DNA from: an uncultured bacterium
Lineage (GTDB): Bacteria; DUMJ01
Assembly: GCA_937958695.1 (NCBI GenBank)
Contig: CALGNK010000003.1
Location: forward strand, 1,912-65,911
Length of the DNA stretch: 64,000 nt
Reading direction: 5' to 3'
The notes under the pieces: model-generated
Seen by the model: the letters and a program-made list of their open reading frames with translations, nothing else
Databases searched by the model: none
What the model was told of the DNA's origin: nothing
Translations under genes and position numbers: made by a program
In this document: in pieces, positions 49,497 to 59,007 of the stretch
How the letters are laid out: each line of letters begins with the position of its first letter
Position numbering within the stretch: the stretch's first letter is position 1

Positions 49497-51365
49497 CTAA
49501 TCCCTTCTAACAACTCTTACTCTCCCATCCTCTCCCCTTTCAACATAACCTTCAGCTTCAAGAAGGTCTATAATCCTAGCAGCTCTACCATAGCCTATCC
49601 TAAATGTCCTCTGTAAGAGACTAGTAGATATAGTTCCTCTCTGCTTGAGTATCCTTTTGGCTTCTTCTAAATATTCGTCGTCACTATCACTACCACCTCC
49701 CCCTCCTAAGATCATATCCTCTTCTTCCAGTTCCTCATGAGTAACTACATAATTGGGAATCCCTTGAGCCTTCCAAAAATTTAAAACCCTTTCTATTTCA
49801 TCATCTGAGACATATGCCCCCTGAACCCTTATAGGCTTCATAGCCCATATAGGAGAATATAACATATCTCCCTTTCCTAAAAGTTTCTCTGCTCCACCAA
49901 TATCAAGTATAACACGAGAGTCTGCCTGAGAAGATACCGCAAATGCTATCCTAGATGGGAAGTTAGCCTTTATTAAACCAGTTATAACATCTACAGATGG
50001 TCTTTGGGTAGCTATTATAAGATGTATCCCAGTGGCTCTTGCCATCTGAGCAAGTCTACATATAAGCTTTTCTATCTCCTTCGGAGCCACCATCATAAGG
50101 TCAGCTAACTCATCCACTATAACGACGATATAATAAAGTGGAGAATCTTTATATTTCTGATTATAGCCCTGTATATTCCTTACCCCTTCTTTTCTAAAGA
50201 TTTCATACCTATTATCCATTTCTCTAGTTAACCTTCGGAGTAATTTTACAGATAACTCCGGTTCTGTAATGATTGGTGCCCAAAGATGAGGAAGGTCCTC
50301 ATACTGGGTAAGCTCTACCCGTTTGGGATCTACCATAGTTATTCTTAATATTGATGGATCTGACTTATAGAGGAGACTCATTATAAGAGCATTTAGACAG
50401 ACACTCTTTCCAGATCCGGTAGTTCCACCTATCAATAGATGAGGCATCTCTTCTAGACTATCAGCAATGATATTTCCGGCTATATCCTTTCCTATACCCA
50501 AAGTAAGACGAGATTTATTATTAACAAACTCTTCACTTTCTATTATCTCTCTTATTGTAACTAGAGTTATCTTTTTGTTAGGAACCTCTATTCCCAAAAG
50601 AGATTTGCCTGGTATAGGAGATTCTATTCTTATCTGAGGAGCAGCTAAAGCCAAAGCAATATCATTAGATAACTTTGTAATAGAGCTAACCTTTACTCCT
50701 GTAGCAAGAGAGAGTTCATATCTAGTTACTGTGGGGCCAACTACCGCATTTACAACCTTTGCTGAAACACCAAAGCTTTCCAAAGTTGCCTCTAAGAGTT
50801 CCGCATTATGCCCTATATCCTCATTCTTCTGTCTCTTTGGGGGCTCATTTAGAAGCGAAAATGGAGGCATCTTAAAGGAAGTGTTAGGAGTATCTATGGC
50901 AACAGATCCTGGCTTTCTCTCACCTTTCTTAGATTTAGAATCCTTCCCCCTTACCTGTTTTTTCTCATCTATATCAAATCTAGGTATATTTATCTCCTTT
51001 TTGACTTTTGAAGATACAGTCTTTCTCTGTAAGATGTTAAGCTTTTTTACTATAAGAAATACTACAGGTAAAACAACAAGTAGGACAAATGGGATATCTG
51101 AACGAACTATCCCCTTTAGATAGAAACCTAAATCTCCAGCAATATTAAACAGCACAGCTAATGGAAAAGACCAGAGCAAAAACCAATACAATCTTGGGAT
51201 AAGTAGAAACAAACATAAAACAAAACCCCAATATCCTAGATATTTAAATGGATAAGATAAAAGGGGAGGGTTCCAAAAAAGGCCTAACAATAAAATAATA
51301 AATAAAAGGATGGAGAAGGTTATCCTAGAAGATGCCACACCTTTCGATTTTCTCTTTTTTCTCAT
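49497..51365 (-). CDS. ftsK: DNA translocase FtsK/SpoIIIE
   Basis: N-terminal TM segments, the motor domain with Walker A GTTGSGKS, and the C-terminal gamma domain (winged helix). Confidence 0.85.
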   Translation of the reverse strand: MRKKRKSKGVASSRITFSILLFIILLLGLFWNPPLLSYPFKYLGYWGFVLCLFLLIPRLYWFLLWSFPLAVLFNIAGDLGFYLKGIVRSDIPFVLLVVLPVVFLIVKKLNILQRKTVSSKVKKEINIPRFDIDEKKQVRGKDSKSKKGERKPGSVAIDTPNTSFKMPPFSLLNEPPKRQKNEDIGHNAELLEATLESFGVSAKVVNAVVGPTVTRYELSLATGVKVSSITKLSNDIALALAAPQIRIESPIPGKSLLGIEVPNKKITLVTIREIIESEEFVNNKSRLTLGIGKDIAGNIIADSLEEMPHLLIGGTTGSGKSVCLNALIMSLLYKSDPSILRITMVDPKRVELTQYEDLPHLWAPIITEPELSVKLLRRLTREMDNRYEIFRKEGVRNIQGYNQKYKDSPLYYIVVIVDELADLMMVAPKEIEKLICRLAQMARATGIHLIIATQRPSVDVITGLIKANFPSRIAFAVSSQADSRVILDIGGAEKLLGKGDMLYSPIWAMKPIRVQGAYVSDDEIERVLNFWKAQGIPNYVVTHEELEEEDMILGGGGGSDSDDEYLEEAKRILKQRGTISTSLLQRTFRIGYGRAARIIDLLEAEGYVERGEDGRVRVVRRD

Positions 51366-52999
51366 ACCTCTACCAAAACAGGAATAATCACAGGTCTTCT
51401 CCTAGTTTTTTCGTAGATAAATCTACCAACTACATCTCTTATTATATCATTAGATACAACTGGAGTATTTGATGTAACTAGAGCTCGAAAAGTCTCGCGC
51501 TTCAATTCTTCTATAAATATATCCTCATCTTTATATACAACACCCCTAGCAACCACCTCAGGTATTCCCAAGATCTCTTCCTTCTCTTTGTCTACCGTTA
51601 CTACCATAACTACTATACCATCTTGGGCTAATTTCTGTCTATCTCTTAAGACCATTCCACCCTCTCCCAACTCAAGCCCATCCACCATTATCATGCCAGA
51701 TTGGACATGACCTACCACTTCTACCGTATCTCTCCTTATCTCTAAAATATCTCCATTTCTTAATCTAAATATGTGGTCTTCTGGCAAACCTAGAGAGGCA
51801 ATAAGCTTAGAGTGGGCAACCTGATGTCTCATCTCTCCATGGATTGGAACAAAATATTCTGGTTTTAATAAACTATACATAAGTTTTAGCTCCTCTACAC
51901 TACCATGTCCAGATACATGAACACCAGGGGTGGTGGTATAGATTACCTCTGCCCCTTTAGAAAAGAGAGCATTTATAGTTCTGGCAACCATCTTCTCATT
52001 ACCAGGAACAGGAGTGGCTGCAATTACAACGGTATCTCCAGCTTCTATAGCTATTGACTTATATTCCTGAAATGCAAGGCGTGTTAAAGCGGACATAGGT
52101 TCACCTTGTGAACCACTAGTAAGTATAATAAGTTTATTCTTTTTAAAATTAGACAAGGACTGATCTTTTATCAATGTGTTTGGTGGAATATCCAAATATC
52201 CAAGTTTACTAGCAGTATTAACAGTCCCATTCATACTTTTACCTATCACTGCAACAAACCTATTATATTTATATGCGATGTTAAATACCTGCTGAATACG
52301 ATGTATGTTACTCGCAAAGGTGGTAACAAAAACTCTACCCAGAGATTCTTTCACTATGGAGTCTAAAGTATCTCCAACTACCCTTTCAGATGGGGTATAA
52401 CCAGGTCTCTCAGCGTTAGTAGAATCCGAAAGTAAAAGCTTTACTCCCTTCTCTCCTAAGGAAGAAAGCGTAAAAAAATCCGTCTTTTTACCATCTACAG
52501 GTGTATGATCGAACTTAAAGTCTCCGCTATGGACTACAACTCCAACAGGAGAATGAATCGCTATCCCAACATTACCAGGAACACTATGATTCACATTAAA
52601 GAAATCAAAGGATAAAGGACCAATTCCTATCCTAGATCTTTCCTGTATCTCTACCAACTTTACATTATTACTCAATCCAAAATCTTTCAATCTAGCAGTT
52701 ACCATACCAAGGGTAAGTCTAGTCCCAATTATCGGTGCACTAACAGTCTTTAGGAGATACGGAAGAGAACCAACATGGTCTTCATGACAATGGGTAAGGA
52801 TTATACCTTTGACTTTGCTCTTATTTGCCTCTATATAAGAGATATCAGGGATTACATAATCAACTCCAGGCATTTCATCCGTAGGAAACATAAGTCCACT
52901 ATCAATAACAACTAACACCCCATCATACTCTACCACCAACATATTTTTCCCTATTTCCCCTAACCCTCCTAGGGGAATAATCCTTAATCTATCAGACAT
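51362..52999 (-). CDS. rnj: ribonuclease J (metallo-beta-lactamase / beta-CASP)
   Basis: HCHEDH motif and the beta-CASP domain, 545 aa. It is the RNase J typically found next to dapA in Firmicutes. Confidence 0.85.
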   Translation of the reverse strand: MSDRLRIIPLGGLGEIGKNMLVVEYDGVLVVIDSGLMFPTDEMPGVDYVIPDISYIEANKSKVKGIILTHCHEDHVGSLPYLLKTVSAPIIGTRLTLGMVTARLKDFGLSNNVKLVEIQERSRIGIGPLSFDFFNVNHSVPGNVGIAIHSPVGVVVHSGDFKFDHTPVDGKKTDFFTLSSLGEKGVKLLLSDSTNAERPGYTPSERVVGDTLDSIVKESLGRVFVTTFASNIHRIQQVFNIAYKYNRFVAVIGKSMNGTVNTASKLGYLDIPPNTLIKDQSLSNFKKNKLIILTSGSQGEPMSALTRLAFQEYKSIAIEAGDTVVIAATPVPGNEKMVARTINALFSKGAEVIYTTTPGVHVSGHGSVEELKLMYSLLKPEYFVPIHGEMRHQVAHSKLIASLGLPEDHIFRLRNGDILEIRRDTVEVVGHVQSGMIMVDGLELGEGGMVLRDRQKLAQDGIVVMVVTVDKEKEEILGIPEVVARGVVYKDEDIFIEELKRETFRALVTSNTPVVSNDIIRDVVGRFIYEKTRRRPVIIPVLVEV

Positions 53000-53004
53000 A
53001 AAAG

Positions 53005-53892
53005 TTATATAAGGCTTAACTGCTTCAAAGCTTCTCTTATTACATTGATCTCCTTTTCCCCAGCCCTTACCAGAGGTAATCTAGGAGGTCCTACATCAAA
53101 ACCAATTAGTTTCATAGCTTCTTTTAGAGGGATAGGATTAGTTGTAACAAAAAGGGCTTTAAAGATAGGGAAAAGTCTCTTATTTATCTGAATCGCCTTA
53201 TTAACATCTCCAGAAACAAAACTCTCCATCATCTCTTTTATCTCTCTGCCAACTATATGGCTAGCTACACTTATAACACCATACCCTCCTACGCTAAGAA
53301 GGGGCATAGTAAAAGAATCATCTCCGCTGTATATAACAAAATCATCCCTATTTAAACCCCTCAATATCTCCACCGCTTGATCTGTACTCTGGCTAGCTTC
53401 TTTTATAGCAACTATATTCTTTACCTCATTAGCAAGTCTAACAACTGTTATAGGGAGTATATTTACTCCAGTCCTAGAAGGTATATTATAAAGAATAACC
53501 GGCAACTTAGTGGCTTGAGCTATAGCCTTAAAGTGTTCGTATAAGCCGTCCTGAGGTGGTTTGTTATAGTAAGGAGCAACCAAAAGTATCCCATCTACAC
53601 CAATCTCCTCGGCAGATTTTGTAAGCTCTATACTTTCTTTAGTGTTATAATTACCAGTTCCTGCTATTACACTAGCTTTACCTTTTACTGTCTCCTTTAC
53701 CGCCTTAAATAATTCTAATTTTTCCTCGTGGGCAAGTGTTGGAGATTCTCCTGTTGTCCCAGCAACCAATATACCATCAGAACCCTCGGCAATTAACTTT
53801 TCTGCTAATTCACAGGCTCTCTTAACATCTAAAGAATAGTCCTCTTTAAAAGGGGTAACCATTGCTGTAATAAGTCTACCAAACATAAACAT
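53005..53892 (-). CDS. dapA: 4-hydroxy-tetrahydrodipicolinate synthase
   Basis: ITAMVTPF N-terminal motif and a Schiff-base Lys in the context (A)IKEAS. Confidence 0.85.
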   Translation of the reverse strand: MFMFGRLITAMVTPFKEDYSLDVKRACELAEKLIAEGSDGILVAGTTGESPTLAHEEKLELFKAVKETVKGKASVIAGTGNYNTKESIELTKSAEEIGVDGILLVAPYYNKPPQDGLYEHFKAIAQATKLPVILYNIPSRTGVNILPITVVRLANEVKNIVAIKEASQSTDQAVEILRGLNRDDFVIYSGDDSFTMPLLSVGGYGVISVASHIVGREIKEMMESFVSGDVNKAIQINKRLFPIFKALFVTTNPIPLKEAMKLIGFDVGPPRLPLVRAGEKEINVIREALKQLSLI

Positions 53893-53895
53893 AAT

Positions 53896-54666
53896 TTATA
53901 TCACCAACCCTCCTGGAAATAATAATTTATCTAAACCATAAACTAGACCTTTAATCTTGTCTATATTCCTTAAGGCATAGATAACTCCAGGCATAAACGA
54001 CTCTCTAGAGATAGAATCATGCCTTATAGATAAGGTCTGCCCTAAGGAACCAAATATAATTTCCTGATGCGCTACCAAACCAGGTAATCTTACACTGTGT
54101 ATATTTATACCTTCAACTGTCTTTCCCCTAGCTTCAGAAGAATATACTGCTGGAGTAAATTTTTTCTTTTCTGAGATAGCCTTAGCAGTAGCTATAGACG
54201 TTCCTGAGGGAGAATCTAACTTGCCATCGTGGTGCAATTCTATAATCTCAACATTATCCATAAATGGAGCTATCAGCTCTGCACATTTAATCATCAAGAC
54301 AGCGCCTATAGCAAAATTTGGAGCTATAAGAACTCTTCCATTATTTTCCTCTATAAAATTCTTTAATTCAGCTAAATCTTCCTGAGTAAAACCTGTTGTC
54401 CCAACTATTACAGGCACATTATTCTTGACCCCTATCTTTATATTCTCAATAGCAGGTTCTCTTTTTGTAAAATCAACTATGGCAGAAGGTTCTTTCTCTC
54501 TTATAACAGCTTCTAGATTATCCTTTATAACAACACCCAAAATATTATCACCTACACCTCTTACATCTATACCCCCAACCACCTCCATATCATTCTCTTT
54601 AGAGACAGCTTTTATCACTTCTTGTCCCATTCTGCCATAAGCACCACACACTATCACTTTAATCAT
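53896..54666 (-). CDS. dapB: 4-hydroxy-tetrahydrodipicolinate reductase
   Basis: N-terminal Rossmann motif VIVCGAYGRMGQ and the DapB C-terminal domain, adjacent to dapA. Confidence 0.85.
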   Translation of the reverse strand: MIKVIVCGAYGRMGQEVIKAVSKENDMEVVGGIDVRGVGDNILGVVIKDNLEAVIREKEPSAIVDFTKREPAIENIKIGVKNNVPVIVGTTGFTQEDLAELKNFIEENNGRVLIAPNFAIGAVLMIKCAELIAPFMDNVEIIELHHDGKLDSPSGTSIATAKAISEKKKFTPAVYSSEARGKTVEGINIHSVRLPGLVAHQEIIFGSLGQTLSIRHDSISRESFMPGVIYALRNIDKIKGLVYGLDKLLFPGGLVI

Positions 54667-54671
54667 AATTT

Positions 54672-55112
54672 TTACCTCCTACCAGTATGGCCAAAGCCTC
54701 CATTATTTCTTTCTGTAGTAGAAAGATTTTCAACTTCTAATATCTCTGCGTGAACAATTGGAGCTATGACCAACTGAGCAATTCTATCTCCAATATTTAC
54801 TCTAAATGGCTCATTGCCAAGATTCATAAGAATAACCTTTACTTCACCTCTATAGTCACTATCTATAGTTCCGGGACTGTTTAAAACAAAAACTCCGTAA
54901 TTTTTGGCAAGTCCACTTCTAGACCTAATCTGCCCTTCATATCCTTGAGGAATCTCAACCGCTATACCAGTAGATACTATCTCCCATCTCCCTGGAGGAA
55001 TTATCTTCTCCTCAGCTGAATAAAGATCCAAGCCTGAAGAACCTCCGGTCATATAAGTAGGAATAAAACCGTTAGAGTTTAGCTTTTTAAGTAAGACTTT
55101 AACACTCTCCAT
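54672..55112 (-). CDS. dut: dUTP diphosphatase
   Basis: Trimeric dUTPase motifs (GGSSGLDL, RSGLA, GTIDSDYRGE), 146 aa. Confidence 0.85.
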   Translation of the reverse strand: MESVKVLLKKLNSNGFIPTYMTGGSSGLDLYSAEEKIIPPGRWEIVSTGIAVEIPQGYEGQIRSRSGLAKNYGVFVLNSPGTIDSDYRGEVKVILMNLGNEPFRVNIGDRIAQLVIAPIVHAEILEVENLSTTERNNGGFGHTGRR

Positions 55113-56326
55113 AATCTCTCCCCTATCTTTCTACCATCTCTTCCTAAAACCGCTATACCAAGTTCATTATTAAACAGTCTGCAAGATACTTCCTTTATAT
55201 CCTTTGAAGTAATCTCTTGAATCTTAGCAAGCATCTCTTCTATAGGAATAACCCTTCCGTAAGAATAAAATGACTTGGCTAGATACTCCATCCTACCAAA
55301 TGTTCCTTCTGTTCCTAATATCAAACCAGATGAAAGATGAGCTTTAGCCCTTTCCAACTCATCATCAGTTATAGCCTCATTACAGAGAGCTTTATACTCA
55401 TCTAAGATGATCCTTAGGACCTCTTCATTTGAATCACTTCCAGTTCCAACATAGGAAGCAAAAGCCCCTGTATCTTTAAACGTGAGAAGATAAGAATATA
55501 GAGAATAGGCTAGTCCTCTCTCTTCTCTTATCTTTTGAAAGAGCCTTGCCCCCATACTGTTAGACAGTATTACGGTCAAAGCGCTTGCTGGATAAAGATA
55601 CGGTTCACTATAAGATATCCCTGGGCCCACAAGGACTATATGGGTAACCTCTGTATCATCATCCTCACAGACAAGTTCAGGATCCACATCTGGAGGAGAA
55701 AAAGACTTATTAGTATTTGATTTTCTCTTAGTTAAAGGATATTGAGAAATGACATTTTCAACATCTCTCTCATCAATATCTCCAGCTATTGTTATAAGAA
55801 GGTTATCGGAAGTATAGTTCTCCATCCAGAAAGACCTAAGTCTATCTGGATTAGCTTCTATCAAATCCTCTATCCTACCAAGAGGAGAATATGTCAACGG
55901 ATGATCCCCCCATATGGCCTTAAGCCCCATATCATGAACTCTCTGTTCAGGGTTATCCATATATGACTTATACTCTTCAATCACTATCCTCTTCTCTTTT
56001 TCTACATCCTTCTCTCTAAATGCTGGATAACTCAACATTTGTGCTAATAAGTCAATAGCTGCCAAAGCATACTTCTTTAAAACCTTTACATAGAAACAGG
56101 TATTATCACGTTCGGTAAAAGCATTAGCCTCTGTACCTAACTTATCGAATTCCAAGGCCAACGATTTAGCATCTTTTTCTTCAGTTCCCTGAAATATCAA
56201 ATGCTCTATAAGATGAGAATAACCTTTCTCGCCACTTCTTTCTGTGCGAGAACCAGTAAAATACCAAAACCCTATACTAACTGACTTAGCCCCTTGGACT
56301 CTGTCTAGCAGGATTACTTTCGACGT
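55079..56326 (-). CDS. M16-family zinc peptidase (MlpA/YmxG-like); start codon uncertain
   Basis: The minus-strand frame is open upstream of the ORF-track TTG (56200) back to a TAG at 56342-56344. That upstream stretch encodes KVILLDRVQGAKSVSIGFWYFTGSRTERSGEKGYSHLIEHMIFQGT, which contains the HxxEH zinc motif. There is no ATG/GTG/TTG in this upstream frame; an ACG sits 10 nt after AGGAGGG, so I take 56326 as the putative start. The gene overlaps the 3' end of pnp. Confidence 0.7.
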   Translation of the reverse strand, partial: TSKVILLDRVQGAKSVSIGFWYFTGSRTERSGEKGYSHLIEHLIFQGTEEKDAKSLALEFDKLGTEANAFTERDNTCFYVKVLKKYALAAIDLLAQMLSYPAFREKDVEKEKRIVIEEYKSYMDNPEQRVHDMGLKAIWGDHPLTYSPLGRIEDLIEANPDRLRSFWMENYTSDNLLITIAGDIDERDVENVISQYPLTKRKSNTNKSFSPPDVDPELVCEDDDTEVTHIVLVGPGISYSEPYLYPASALTVILSNSMGARLFQKIREERGLAYSLYSYLLTFKDTGAFASYVGTGSDSNEEVLRIILDEYKALCNEAITDDELERAKAHLSSGLILGTEGTFGRMEYLAKSFYSYGRVIPIEEMLAKIQEITSKDIKEVSCRLFNNELGIAVLGRDGRKIGERLWRVLKSYLKS

Positions 56327-58476
56327 TGATCGATAACCCTCCTAGGCTCTTCCTTTTCTATTTGAACTAATCCTTTTCTAGTAAGATTTATTCTTCCTAG
56401 ATTATCTATTTCATAGACTTTAACTAAGACTGTGTCTCCAGGTTTAAAAATCTTGTTTATAGGACCTCTTAACTTCTCCATCTGAGAAACATGCAGCAAG
56501 CCTTCTTTACCTGGAAGTATCTCTACAAAAATTCCATAATCCGCAACCCTAGTGACTTTCCCTTCGTATATCTGTCCTTTTTCTACTTCCCTAGCTATTT
56601 CTTCTATCTTACTCTTAGCGATCTTTCCAGAGACTTCATCCTGAGAATAGATATATATCTTTCCATCCTGTTCTATATCTATCTTTACATCGGTCTCTTC
56701 TATTATCTTCTTTATGACTTTTCCTCCAGGACCTATAATATCTCCTATCTTATCAGGAGAAACGGTAAGGGCAAATATCCTTGGAGCATATGGGGAAAGA
56801 TTAGCTCTTGGAGCTGGAATTGTTTGTAGAATCTTATCTATTATGATCTCTCTAGCCTCTTTAGCTTGATACAGAGCCTTCTCAAGAATGTATATAGGAA
56901 TACCATTGAATCTCTTTGTATCAAGCTGAACAGCAGTGATACCCCTCTTACTACCAGCTATCTTAAAGTCCATCTCTCCATAGGCATCCTCTAAACCTTG
57001 TATATCGGTAAGGGTAACCCACTCTTCATCACTCCTAGAGACAAGTCCGATAGCTATACCAGCTACAGGGGCTTTTATAGGAACTCCTGCATCCATAAGA
57101 GCCAGAGTACTTCCACAAGTACTTGCCATAGATGTAGACCCATTAGATTCTAGAACATCAGATACTACTCTAATGGTATACGGGAATACCTCCTCGCTAG
57201 GAATAACTGGAACCAGGGCTTTTTCTGCCAATGCTCCATGTCCAATCTCTCTTCTTCCAGGACCTCTAAGGGGTCTTATCTCTCCTACAGAGTATGGGGG
57301 AAAATTGTAATGATGCATATACCTTTTACTCTCTTCTATACCAAGGTCATCTATTATCTGCTCTTCTCCTTTAGAACCAAGAGTTACTACTGTTAATACC
57401 TGAGTCTCTCCTCTAGTGAATACTGCACTACCATGAGTTCTAGGAAGTAAACCTACCTCGCAAGAGATAGGTCTTAATTGATTAAAAGCCCTACCATCTG
57501 CCCTTGTCCGTTCATCTAGAACAATACGCTCTAGTATCTCCCTCTCCATAGCTTTAAAGACCATCTTGACCATAACAGGATTAGATTCAAGCTTTTCTCT
57601 TAAGATTTCCCCTTCTTCTCCCATCTCTAAAAGAGCATTCTCTATAAGCTCAGAAGGTTCTTTAGACATTCTGGCTTCTCTTTCTTTTTTAGCCCTTATC
57701 CTTAGGATCTCATTAATCCTATCATAAGTTGTTCTTCTTATAAACTCCTCTATCTCTGGGTCTGGCTGGATAATTGTATAACTGTTAAATGGAATTATTT
57801 CCTCTTTTGCCATCTGAATAAATTCTTCCTGAAGATAGATATTCTCTCTGATATAGTCCATTGCTCTATGTAAAGCCTCTATGTACTTATCTTCAGATAT
57901 CTCATTGGCCTGTGTCTCTATCATGACGATATTCTCTTTCGTTCCAACTACTAATAGGTCTAAATCACTCTTTTCTAGCTGGGAAGAGAAAGGATTGAAA
58001 ATAAACTCTCCATCTAGTAGTCCAACCTTAACTGCTCCGATTGGTCCATTAAATGGGGCTCCTGTAAGACAAAGGGCAGTAGATGCTCCCCACAAACCTA
58101 AAAGCTCTGGGGTATTCTCTTGGTCAGCAGACAGAGTAGTTACAATAATCTGAACGCCATGGAAAAATCCCTCAGGAAAAAGAGGTCTTATAGGCCTATC
58201 TACTATTCTAGCATTTAAGATGGCCCTTTCAGATGGCCTACCTTCTCTCTTTATAAATCCACCCGGGATTTTACCAGCAGCATATAATCTATCTTCAAAA
58301 TCTACTGTTAAGGGCAGAAAATCGGCATCCTTTTCTGGCTCATCAGATATAACCACAGTGACCAGTACAACGCTATCTCCATACCTTACAAGAACTGAAG
58401 ATGTAGCCTGCTTAGCCAATCTTCCTGTTTCTAATATTAATTTCCTTCCTAAAAAATCCTTCTCTAATTTTACCAT
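56314..58476 (-). CDS. pnp: polynucleotide phosphorylase (PNPase)
   Basis: Two RNase PH domains, then KH and S1 domains at the C-terminus (GKVTRVADYGIFVEILPGKEGLLHVSQM), 720 aa. Confidence 0.9.
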   Translation of the reverse strand: MVKLEKDFLGRKLILETGRLAKQATSSVLVRYGDSVVLVTVVISDEPEKDADFLPLTVDFEDRLYAAGKIPGGFIKREGRPSERAILNARIVDRPIRPLFPEGFFHGVQIIVTTLSADQENTPELLGLWGASTALCLTGAPFNGPIGAVKVGLLDGEFIFNPFSSQLEKSDLDLLVVGTKENIVMIETQANEISEDKYIEALHRAMDYIRENIYLQEEFIQMAKEEIIPFNSYTIIQPDPEIEEFIRRTTYDRINEILRIRAKKEREARMSKEPSELIENALLEMGEEGEILREKLESNPVMVKMVFKAMEREILERIVLDERTRADGRAFNQLRPISCEVGLLPRTHGSAVFTRGETQVLTVVTLGSKGEEQIIDDLGIEESKRYMHHYNFPPYSVGEIRPLRGPGRREIGHGALAEKALVPVIPSEEVFPYTIRVVSDVLESNGSTSMASTCGSTLALMDAGVPIKAPVAGIAIGLVSRSDEEWVTLTDIQGLEDAYGEMDFKIAGSKRGITAVQLDTKRFNGIPIYILEKALYQAKEAREIIIDKILQTIPAPRANLSPYAPRIFALTVSPDKIGDIIGPGGKVIKKIIEETDVKIDIEQDGKIYIYSQDEVSGKIAKSKIEEIAREVEKGQIYEGKVTRVADYGIFVEILPGKEGLLHVSQMEKLRGPINKIFKPGDTVLVKVYEIDNLGRINLTRKGLVQIEKEEPRRVIDQRRK

Positions 58477-58481
58477 AGTCT

Positions 58482-58751
58482 TTATGCCCTAAGTCCCAGC
58501 TCCCTTACAAGCTCTCGATATTTATCTGTATCCTTCCTTCGAAGATACTCTAAGAGTCTTCTCCTATGCCCTACCATCATAAGAAGACCACGCCTCGAAT
58601 GGAAGTCTTTCTTATGAACTTTTAGATGTTCAGTCAATCTATTAATCCTTTCTGATAGTAGAGCTATCTGTACTTCTATAGACCCCGTATCTCTATCGTG
58701 TAGCTGGTATTTACTAATAACTTCCATCTTTTCCTCTTTACTAAGACTCAA
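58482..58751 (-). CDS. rpsO: 30S ribosomal protein S15
   Basis: Conserved S15 core [54 protein letters not shown]. The ORF-track GTG at 58763 overlaps the SD GGAGGTG, whereas the in-frame TTG at 58751 gives an 89-aa S15 with 9-nt spacing. Confidence 0.85.
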   Translation of the reverse strand: MSLSKEEKMEVISKYQLHDRDTGSIEVQIALLSERINRLTEHLKVHKKDFHSRRGLLMMVGHRRRLLEYLRRKDTDKYRELVRELGLRA

Positions 58752-59007
58752 ATCTATATTCACCTCCGTATTCGGTAATCTTTTTATTTTTTATTCTAAC
58801 ATAAAAATATCTAATATACAATTAACCGATTGTACTAGCCTGTAATCAATGTATTTACCTATCAATTAACTTAAATAGTACCAATGTTCCTAGCAACTCT
58901 TGCAGGTCTTAAAAATTTCCAAAGTGAGCGGTCAAAATGATTAAAGCTCAGACCAATTGTAAAACCACATTTACACAGTATTGACTGAAAGTATTAAAAT
59001 ATTTATT

